Shown here piece after piece: positions 16,907 through 23,932 of a stretch of 23,932 nucleotides of DNA. A program made the position numbers and the translations under genes. Source of the DNA: Leptospirales bacterium (GTDB taxonomy: Bacteria; Spirochaetota; Leptospiria; Turneriellales; JAOUFE01); contig JBEQLE010000068.1 of the NCBI GenBank assembly GCA_040326155.1, positions 1 to 23,932 of the forward strand, given 5' to 3'. The notes under the pieces were generated by a model. That model was not told where the DNA came from, made no database searches, and saw only the letters and a program-made list of their open reading frames with translations. How positions within the stretch are numbered: position 1 is the first letter of the stretch; the number at the start of each line of letters is the position of its first letter.

Positions 16907-19364
16907 TTTCTATATCATATGGTAGAATAAAGAAAATATTTTCATTTTGAAGTCTCTCAAATCTACCAAGAATTCGGGCCGGAGCTTTTAAAAACTCTGG
17001 AATTAATATAGAAGTTTTTTGCGCTAAAAAATTCAACCCCGGTTTGGTATTTTGGGAAAACAGTATCACTTCCATGTTTTCTCGTTTTAAATTGGCTTTT
17101 TCACGAGCAAGTTCAAGCGCCAGAGCCAGCCCGCCGATCTTGTCGACCATTCCCAGTTTTTTAGCTTCGTCTCCGGTATAAACACGACCCTGCGCATTCT
17201 CAGCAATTTCCTCTCTGGTAAGAGAAGTACGTGAGACTTCTACGCGGTCAAGAAAAAGTTCATAGAACTCTTGCATTTGTTCGGTAAACATCTCTCGTTC
17301 GGCTTTGCTGAAGACTTCTCGTTCTGAAAAAACGGCTGAGTTCTTATGTGTTTTTACAATGGCTTTATTCACGCCGAGTTTTTTATACAACTCTTCCAGG
17401 CTGAATTTTCCAAAAAATACTCCAATGGAACCAGTAACGGTGGTGTGGTTTGAAACTATTTCACTGCCGCCAACTGCAATATAATAACCGCCAGAAGCAG
17501 CCACGTTACCAAGTGAAATAATCACAGGTTTTACTTTTTGTAACATCCGTATCTCTTTCCAGATAATATCCGAAGCGAGTCCCGACCCACCGGGAGAATT
17601 GATTCGAATAACAACGCCTCGAATACGCGGGTTCAGGCGAAGATGTCGCAGAACTTTAATTGTTGATTCTGACGAAATTAATGTACCATTGATTAAGGAA
17701 GGCGTACCGGCTTCTCCCCCGACAATTTGCCCTTCCAGGGTTAAGATTGCAATAGCCGGTTTTGCTCCCCAATGATCATCGTAAAATTTAGTTTTAGCGT
17801 AAACCTGCATGGGAATTTCCCACTCTCGATTGGACTCGGGATTTTTGGACAACTTATTTTTAAATTCGGAGTAGTATTGAATGTTATCGATTAGACCCAG
17901 CTCCAGAGATTTTTTTGGCGTGAAAAAGCCTTTGTTAAAAATTTCATCGAGTTTGTCCGCATCAATTTTTTTTCGTCCGGAAACAATTGCTCTTTTAAGC
18001 TCATCCATGATACTATTTAAAAGAGCTATCGTCTGTTCTTTTTCATACTTGTCCATCTCCGTATTCCTAAACATATCCGGCGCGCTTTTATAATTTCCAA
18101 TGGAAATAAAGTCCGCTTTAATACCAACCTTATCTAATAATCCTTTTATGTAAAACATCTCGGCAGCCAAACCGTTTAGTTCGATCATACCGGCAGGAGG
18201 TATGCTGATTGTATCTGCCGAAGTGGTAATGTAATATTCTATATCGGTGCAATGTTCCAGAAAAGCGTGAACAGGTTTATTCGATACCTGTTTATACTTT
18301 TCAATAGCATGGTGAATCTCTTCAGCCTGGGCCCAACCTCCGCGAAAGTTTCCGCCTCGTATAATAATTCCTTTTATCTGAATATCTTTAGCGGCGATCT
18401 CTATGGAGTTTAAAATTTCGAAAAATGCCGCATTTTCTTGTACAAATGGTAGTGACTTTCTTTTTGATTCCGGTAAAGGAGTACTCAGGTCAATAACCAG
18501 ATATTGTTTTATGGGCTCAAAGGAACTCCTAAAGCGCTCTTGCCCGACAAGCATACCTACGCCAAATCGGTTTCCAGTTACATCTGAAGCAGAGCCTTGA
18601 AGTGACAGCTGTGTTATATTCTGAGTATATTTAATTCCAAAAAAATAATCGGTAAAATCGAGAGAACCGCCAAATACCGTCAGACTGTTGAAAGGAACAA
18701 ATTCCATGTAGTATCTTTTCTCTAGTTTCTTTTTAAAGTCCCATTGAAAAGAGTACAGATCTACAGCCAGAGTCAGTCGATCGGTAAAAACGGGCAGGGG
18801 ACGAATAGCAATTCCAATGTCCATACGGGGTTTCAATTTCTCGTTCAAATAGGTGGGTAAATTGATACCACGTTCGACAAGTCCAATCGAAAGATGCTTA
18901 AAAGGTCGAAAAATAAGTCCTATATTCCATTCTGAATAGTCTTTCAATAATTTAGTATTTGTGCTATACCAGCTGTAGGTTGTCCCAAAACTTATTATTT
19001 TATTTCCGTCAAAGCCGGTACCAACTGTATAACGACGTAGTTTAATATTGACATCAGTCTCTCGCCACTGGCTCGAAAAACCGAATCCAAAAACATTAAA
19101 GAACAAAACATTGTCATAGACTTTTTTTTCTAAATTTTCTCCATAGAAATATCCCATTTGCAGTGGATGACTACCCAGCCCCGCAGGGTTGTAGTACATA
19201 CTGGTAATATCATCTGCCGTAGCGGCAGATTCGTATGGAAGGTTGGGGTTATTTAAGAAGTCATTCGTTTGGCCAATTTGAGCAGGGGTAATAACAGGAA
19301 TTGATGAAGTAAAAGGGATGATAGATACAATGGTAGCGGCTATAAAAAATAGATAATGTCTCAT
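16899..19364 (-). CDS. sppA: Signal peptide peptidase SppA (tandem S49 domains) with an N-terminal PorV/FadL-like beta-barrel extension
   Basis: 821 aa. Catalytic Lys motif IGNYKSA and Ser motif NVAASGGYY, plus RINSPGGS, TGSIGV and GRVYTG. Residues about 45-275 are amphipathic beta-strands beginning with ADDITSMYYNPAGL. Confidence 0.9.
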   Translation of the reverse strand: MRHYLFFIAATIVSIIPFTSSIPVITPAQIGQTNDFLNNPNLPYESAATADDITSMYYNPAGLGSHPLQMGYFYGENLEKKVYDNVLFFNVFGFGFSSQWRETDVNIKLRRYTVGTGFDGNKIISFGTTYSWYSTNTKLLKDYSEWNIGLIFRPFKHLSIGLVERGINLPTYLNEKLKPRMDIGIAIRPLPVFTDRLTLAVDLYSFQWDFKKKLEKRYYMEFVPFNSLTVFGGSLDFTDYFFGIKYTQNITQLSLQGSASDVTGNRFGVGMLVGQERFRSSFEPIKQYLVIDLSTPLPESKRKSLPFVQENAAFFEILNSIEIAAKDIQIKGIIIRGGNFRGGWAQAEEIHHAIEKYKQVSNKPVHAFLEHCTDIEYYITTSADTISIPPAGMIELNGLAAEMFYIKGLLDKVGIKADFISIGNYKSAPDMFRNTEMDKYEKEQTIALLNSIMDELKRAIVSGRKKIDADKLDEIFNKGFFTPKKSLELGLIDNIQYYSEFKNKLSKNPESNREWEIPMQVYAKTKFYDDHWGAKPAIAILTLEGQIVGGEAGTPSLINGTLISSESTIKVLRHLRLNPRIRGVVIRINSPGGSGLASDIIWKEIRMLQKVKPVIISLGNVAASGGYYIAVGGSEIVSNHTTVTGSIGVFFGKFSLEELYKKLGVNKAIVKTHKNSAVFSEREVFSKAEREMFTEQMQEFYELFLDRVEVSRTSLTREEIAENAQGRVYTGDEAKKLGMVDKIGGLALALELAREKANLKRENMEVILFSQNTKPGLNFLAQKTSILIPEFLKAPARILGRFERLQNENIFFILPYDIEIR

Positions 19365-19370
19365 AATCCT

Positions 19371-19398
19371 GTATTACAACCAATGTTTGTAGTGTCAA
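19371..19398 (-). promoter_or_regulatory. Candidate sigma70 promoter of sppA (leaderless type)
   Basis: TTGACA (19398-19393)-N16-TAATAC (19376-19371)-N6-ATG. Confidence 0.45.
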
Positions 19399-19424
19399 AT
19401 CGGATTTTAAGCAAAAAGAGTCGT

Positions 19425-20387
19425 TTATTGCTGCCCTGATTCAAAAGAAGGCAAGACGCCATGGTCGCCATTTGCATTTGTTGTGGAGGGAGCGGTGTTG
19501 CCGTTGGGCGTAGTTAATTTCTTTGTAGGCAAATTACGAAAATTCCCATACAAATCTTGCGGCGTTATGTAGATCGTAGCCTGTGGGTTAATTTTTTCAA
19601 TTTTATAGTACTCTAAAATTGCCGGGTTATCTTTTATTAGTTGTGAAAATTTTTCAGCTTTATCTATGTCGGCCTGATTCAATAAGTTTGTTTCGAATAA
19701 TCGTGATTGTGTTACAATATTTTGAATAACAGAATCTTTTTCAGCCTGAATGATGAGGTTAATGTCTTTTACCTGATTCGCATATCTCTCTTTATCGGGA
19801 GATTCGAGTTGAATTACTTCATACCGAACAAATTTTAAATTTAAACCAGGAAAGATATCGTTCCAGGATGTTTCTACGCCCCGGTTTTGAATAAAATACG
19901 TTCTTAAATAAGCATCCGTTTCATCGATTGAATTTCCAGAGTTTAATCCATCGAGCATTACAGTTTGAAGATGAAGTTTCAATATCTCTTCTATGTGTTT
20001 TGTATACCTATTGATATCCTCATCAAACAGCCGCCAGAAAAAATCTATCGATGAATCTGTTAATTCAAATTGAACTTTAATACTTATGTGATAAGCATAT
20101 TTTTCGGGCTCTGTTAAATACTCTGAATATGGCAAATAATAGACATAGGAGACTGTAACTGGAGGCGGAGCCATGTCTAATGTATAAAGCTTCCATTTTT
20201 TGGGGACAAAACCAGTCCAATTCCAATGGTAGCCGGGTTTCAGATAGGGTTTTTGAAGGCCGGATGTTTTATCAACTAATAAAATTACACTTCCTGCAGG
20301 CGCTACAATAATATTGAGCATACCTACAGTTGCAAAGGCCGCAATAGCCAAAATTCTAAAAAAGTTCTGAAATATTTTATTGATCAT
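19425..20387 (-). CDS. Membrane-anchored protein, divergent SPFH/band-7 (HflK/C-like) candidate
   Basis: N-terminal TM helix, then 'LKPGYHWNW' resembling the SPFH 'PGxH' motif, a helical C-terminal region and a low-complexity tail. An alternative TTG start lies at 20396. Confidence 0.55.
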   Translation of the reverse strand: MINKIFQNFFRILAIAAFATVGMLNIIVAPAGSVILLVDKTSGLQKPYLKPGYHWNWTGFVPKKWKLYTLDMAPPPVTVSYVYYLPYSEYLTEPEKYAYHISIKVQFELTDSSIDFFWRLFDEDINRYTKHIEEILKLHLQTVMLDGLNSGNSIDETDAYLRTYFIQNRGVETSWNDIFPGLNLKFVRYEVIQLESPDKERYANQVKDINLIIQAEKDSVIQNIVTQSRLFETNLLNQADIDKAEKFSQLIKDNPAILEYYKIEKINPQATIYITPQDLYGNFRNLPTKKLTTPNGNTAPSTTNANGDHGVLPSFESGQQ

Positions 20388-20399
20388 AGTGATCAAGGT

Positions 20400-20642
20400 T
20401 TATTCTTCAGGGGTTTCGCTATCCTGGGGGTTTAACCGAATAGGTTTTTCAGGAATAATAGTAGTAATAGCGTGTTTATAAATCATACTTTGTTTCCCTT
20501 CATGTTCAATTATGATCGTATAATTATCGAAACTAATAACTTTCCCTTTTAACGGCACTCCATTACTCAGGTATATTGTAATTGTTTGTTTTTCTTTTCG
20601 GGATTGGTTCAATATGAAATCTTGTATGTTATTTTTTACCAT
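20400..20642 (-). CDS. hfq: RNA chaperone Hfq
   Basis: 80 aa from ATG 20642 (GGAG upstream): [41 protein letters not shown], the Sm1/Sm2 motifs. Follows miaA. Confidence 0.95.
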   Translation of the reverse strand: MVKNNIQDFILNQSRKEKQTITIYLSNGVPLKGKVISFDNYTIIIEHEGKQSMIYKHAITTIIPEKPIRLNPQDSETPEE

Positions 20643-20665
20643 CAGTGGGCTCCAATTCTTTGTAT

Positions 20666-21646
20666 TTATTTTTTTGTTTTTACAGAGGCAATTTCTGTAA
20701 GTATATCGGATATTTGAAAAACCAGACAAGTCTGGTCAATTCTTTTTAATCTTTTTTCACCCCTAAACCAAGTTATTTGTCGTTTTGCAAAATTTCTTGT
20801 ATATTGCGATATTTTTTCTATTGCTTTTTTGTCTAATTCCACATTCCAGTCTTGAATGGCTGTCCCGGTTTCTTTTAATATATCAAAAATTTCTTTGTAA
20901 CCGATGGAGGTTAAAGCAGGGGTGTTTTCATTGTATCCACGGGAAATTAACTCTCTAATTTCATCTATTAAACCTTGCCCGAACATGAGTTGAGTTCGTT
21001 CGTTGATTCTCTCGTAAAGTATCTCTCTAGGGTAATCAAGCCAGAAGGATTTGAAATTATATTCATTAAATATACCGCCAACAGGCTTGTAGGAAGATAG
21101 AGGTTTTCCGGTACTCAAGCTGACACTTAAGGCTCGCCTGAGTCGGTAAAGGTCGTTAGAGGAAATTCTCTGAAATGATTCGGGATCTACCGTTTTCAAC
21201 TTGTCTAGCACTTCTTCAGGGTTCATACTTTCGACATCATCTGTAATGGATTTGTCAATTTCTGGAATTTGGGGAAGTCCGTCCCATAGGGCCTTAATAT
21301 AAAAAAAAGTTCCGCCAACTATTACCGGAATTTTTCCACGTTCGATAATATCTTGAATTACTTTTTGTGACTCTTTTAAATACCTTCCGGCAGAAAAGGT
21401 TTCGGTAGGTTGTATAAACGAAAAAAGGTGATGCTTAAATCTGGCCAGTTCTTCGTCGGAAGGCAGCGCTGTTCCTATTTTCAACTGGCTATAGATTTGC
21501 CTGGAGTCAGCATTTACTACTTCGATCGGAGACGATGAGTCGAGTGAGTAGATGGATTTGCTTTTTCCGGAGGCTGTTGCCCCTGTAATTAAAATTACGG
21601 GGGATTTAGGCTCAACTTTGTTTGTGTTTTTCAATAATTTCTTCAA
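20666..21646 (-). CDS. miaA: tRNA dimethylallyltransferase
   Basis: [28 protein letters not shown] and [10 protein letters not shown]. The start is uncertain (TTG 21646 or 21634, both overlapping gmk). Confidence 0.95.
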   Translation of the reverse strand: MKKLLKNTNKVEPKSPVILITGATASGKSKSIYSLDSSSPIEVVNADSRQIYSQLKIGTALPSDEELARFKHHLFSFIQPTETFSAGRYLKESQKVIQDIIERGKIPVIVGGTFFYIKALWDGLPQIPEIDKSITDDVESMNPEEVLDKLKTVDPESFQRISSNDLYRLRRALSVSLSTGKPLSSYKPVGGIFNEYNFKSFWLDYPREILYERINERTQLMFGQGLIDEIRELISRGYNENTPALTSIGYKEIFDILKETGTAIQDWNVELDKKAIEKISQYTRNFAKRQITWFRGEKRLKRIDQTCLVFQISDILTEIASVKTKK

Positions 21647-22163
21647 TTTTGCCTACCGTTATTGCTACTTCATCATTTACAATATGGTAGTCATAATCGT
21701 CTTTATACTTTATCTCTTCGCTGGCAAGTTCAAGACGTTCTTGTATTTGTGCTAAGTTTTCAGTTGCCCGTCCAATTAAACGCTCTTTTAGCTCCTGGAG
21801 GGAAGGGGGAGTTAAAAAAACAAGTATTGCTTCGGGGTCATTTTTTTTTACCTGCAAGGCGCCTTGCACATCGATATCTAATACGGCAATTTTATGAATT
21901 TTTTTAATTCTTTCAATTTCATTTAAAGAGGTTCCGTAATAATTTTCCAGGACGGGAGCCCACTCTAGAAAATCTCTATTTTGAATCATTTGTATGAACT
22001 CTAGCCGAGAAACATAGTAGTAATCTACTCCATCTTGTTCTTTGTTTCGTACAGGACGTGTTGTAGTCGAGATTGCGTGAACTACATCACTTCTGAGCTC
22101 TTTCAAAGCTCTAATAATCGTATTTTTCCCAGTCCCTGAGGGCGCAGACAGTATAAGTATCAT
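21612..22163 (-). CDS. gmk: Guanylate kinase
   Basis: SAPSGTGKNT P-loop, STTTRPVR..DGVDYYY, YYGT, LDIDVQGA and FLTPPS. Confidence 0.96.
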   Translation of the reverse strand: MILILSAPSGTGKNTIIRALKELRSDVVHAISTTTRPVRNKEQDGVDYYYVSRLEFIQMIQNRDFLEWAPVLENYYGTSLNEIERIKKIHKIAVLDIDVQGALQVKKNDPEAILVFLTPPSLQELKERLIGRATENLAQIQERLELASEEIKYKDDYDYHIVNDEVAITVGKIEEIIEKHKQS

Positions 22164-22214
22164 TTTCCTTGTTCATAATGCATAATCAGGTAACAATACG
22201 TCATGTATTTTTCT

Positions 22215-22241
22215 TAAAATAGTGTGAAAATTTGCCGATAT
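22215..22241 (+). promoter_or_regulatory. sigma28 (FliA/SigD)-type promoter upstream of clpB
   Basis: TAAA (22215-18)-N15-GCCGATAT (22234-41), matching the SigD/FliA consensus TAAA-N15-GCCGATA(A/T). Confidence 0.65.
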
Positions 22242-22258
22242 TGAAAAAAATGCATAAT

Positions 22259-22285
22259 ATAGCACTCTGTGGTTCAGAGTGCTAG
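22259..22285 (+). promoter_or_regulatory. CIRCE element (HrcA operator) upstream of clpB
   Basis: aTAGCACTC-tgtggttca-GAGTGCTAg versus consensus TTAGCACTC-N9-GAGTGCTAA: 16/18 match with an exact 9-nt spacer, 30 nt before the clpB ATG. Confidence 0.92.
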
Positions 22286-22315
22286 CCTTGAAGGTCGGAA
22301 ATACCGGAGTATAAT

Positions 22316-23932
22316 ATGAATAGTGAAAAAATGACTACAAAAGTAAGAGAAGCGCTGGAGGATGCAAGAAATTCAGCTTTTGAAAAAAAACACGTAGAAG
22401 TGACGCCAGAACATGTCATGCTAAGTATATTTAAAGATCGTGAAGGTGTTCCCGGTAAAATAGCTGAAATTATAACCGGGAATTCAAATACAATTATTGA
22501 AATTTTTTCTAATTTATTAGACAAAATACCTACAGTCAGTGGAGACGTAGAATACGGAAAGAATTTTAGTTCTCAATTTGCGACGCTTTATCGAGAATCG
22601 CAACAAGAACAAAAAAAGATGGGCGATGAGTTTGTTTCTTTAGAACATATAATGTTAGCATATTTGCATGGCAAGTATTCACAAAACGAGAATCTTCGTA
22701 AGGCCAGCCTGACAATTGAATCTGTTCAGCCGTATTTAAAGAAAATTCGAGGCAGCCAAAAAGTCAAAGACGATAATCCAGAAGCAAAATACGACGCTTT
22801 AAATAAATATGGGAAAAACCTGAACGATCTTGCCAGAAAGGGGAAACTCGACCCGGTCATCGGGCGTGATGAAGAAATTCGCCGATGTATTCAAATACTC
22901 TCTAGAAGAACAAAAAATAACCCCATGCTGGTCGGGGATCCTGGCGTTGGTAAAACTGCAATAGTCGAAGGTTTGGCCGGTAGAATTATTGAGCGAGATG
23001 TACCGGATGCTATTGTAGATAAAGAGATTATTGTGCTGGATATGGGAGCCTTAATTGCCGGGGCTAAGTACAGGGGTGAATTCGAAGATCGCTTAAAAGC
23101 GGTGTTAAAAGAGGTGGTATCTGCGGATGGTCGAATTATACTTTTTGTTGATGAAATACACACCGTGGTGGGGGCAGGGGCGGCTGAAGGTGCTATGGAC
23201 GCTGCCAACCTCTTGAAACCGGCCTTAGCCAGAGGTGAATTACACTTAATTGGCGCAACAACTCAGAATGAATTTCAAAAATACATTGAAAAAGATTCCG
23301 CTTTAGAAAGGAGGTTTCAAAGAGTTGTCATTCAAGAACCCGGTATAGAAGATTCCATAACCATATTACGAGGATTGCGTGAAAAATACGAAATTCATCA
23401 TGGTATAAGAATTAAAGATGCGTCGATTATTGCGGCGGTTCGTTTGTCCGATCGATATATTTCTGATCGTCGACTTCCAGATAAAGCGGTCGACTTGATT
23501 GATGAGGCGTGTTCCCGATTGAGAATTGAACTTGGCTCTTTACCCGCAGAAATGGATTCCATTGATAGAAAAATACGCTCTCTGGAAATTGAAGAGGCGG
23601 CTCTAAAAAGAGAGAATGATAAAACCTCGAAATCAAGATTACCGGGCGTAAAAAATGAAATTGCCTCTTTAAAAGAAAAATTCTCAGCAATGAAAATAAG
23701 CCTCGATGAAGAGAAAAATTCAATCTCAGGGATGGCTTCTATAAAAGAGGAACTGGAAAAATTAAAAATTGAAGCGGCGGGTTATGAAAGAGAAGGTAAA
23801 CTCGATCAAGTCGCTGAAATAAATTATGGTAAAATACCCACCCTGCAAAAACAGATGGAAGAGCTACAAAACAAGCTTTCTTTGAAGCAACAAGGTTCCA
23901 GAATGCTGAAAGAAGAAGTAACCGAAGAAGAT
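22316..23932 (+). CDS. clpB: Chaperone/disaggregase ClpB, 3'-truncated by the window edge
   Basis: Absent from the ORF track because there is no stop in the window. GGAG precedes ATG 22316. [14 protein letters not shown]..., [13 protein letters not shown], Walker [22 protein letters not shown], Walker [23 protein letters not shown], and the long coiled-coil M domain ending [18 protein letters not shown]. Confidence 0.96.
   Translation, partial: MNSEKMTTKVREALEDARNSAFEKKHVEVTPEHVMLSIFKDREGVPGKIAEIITGNSNTIIEIFSNLLDKIPTVSGDVEYGKNFSSQFATLYRESQQEQKKMGDEFVSLEHIMLAYLHGKYSQNENLRKASLTIESVQPYLKKIRGSQKVKDDNPEAKYDALNKYGKNLNDLARKGKLDPVIGRDEEIRRCIQILSRRTKNNPMLVGDPGVGKTAIVEGLAGRIIERDVPDAIVDKEIIVLDMGALIAGAKYRGEFEDRLKAVLKEVVSADGRIILFVDEIHTVVGAGAAEGAMDAANLLKPALARGELHLIGATTQNEFQKYIEKDSALERRFQRVVIQEPGIEDSITILRGLREKYEIHHGIRIKDASIIAAVRLSDRYISDRRLPDKAVDLIDEACSRLRIELGSLPAEMDSIDRKIRSLEIEEAALKRENDKTSKSRLPGVKNEIASLKEKFSAMKISLDEEKNSISGMASIKEELEKLKIEAAGYEREGKLDQVAEINYGKIPTLQKQMEELQNKLSLKQQGSRMLKEEVTEED

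Noticed and set aside
20643..20729. N-terminal extension of Hfq in the 109-aa ORF
   Set aside because: It overlaps miaA and has no Hfq similarity. ATG 20642 has a GGAG SD and gives the canonical length.
21460..21485. MiaA IGTALP instead of the usual IGTAKP
   Set aside because: A single substitution with all other motifs intact is not enough to infer loss or change of function.
22282..23723. Minus-strand ORFs 22282-22524, 22891-23208 and 23427-23723
   Set aside because: Antisense shadows of clpB.

Overview
A 23.9-kb, AT-rich bacterial chromosomal window made up mostly of housekeeping genes. It most likely comes from a spirochaete of the Leptospirales type; this is inferred from gene order and protein style, not from a search. 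Gene order: partial Pro/Ala- and acid-rich protein (ZapB-like by position), zapA, a 1946-aa outer-membrane protein on the minus strand, secreted hypothetical, small lipoprotein, PBP1A, pyrD, secreted hypothetical, then rpmF, hisG, a TPR gene and hisD (all minus), ahpC, a GT4 glycosyltransferase, then sppA fusion, SPFH-like gene, hfq, miaA and gmk (all minus), and a 3'-truncated clpB. No rRNA, tRNA, CRISPR array or transposase was seen. Three signals stand out. (1) The 1946-aa protein carries colinear motifs of SprA/Sov, the type IX secretion (T9SS) translocon, in an organism that does not look like Bacteroidota. (2) SppA has an N-terminal PorV/FadL-like beta-barrel module ('ADD..SMYYNPAGL') fused to an intact tandem S49 protease. 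Together these hint at an uncharacterised T9SS-like export and processing system. (3) clpB is preceded by a consensus sigma28/SigD promoter followed by a CIRCE (HrcA) operator.
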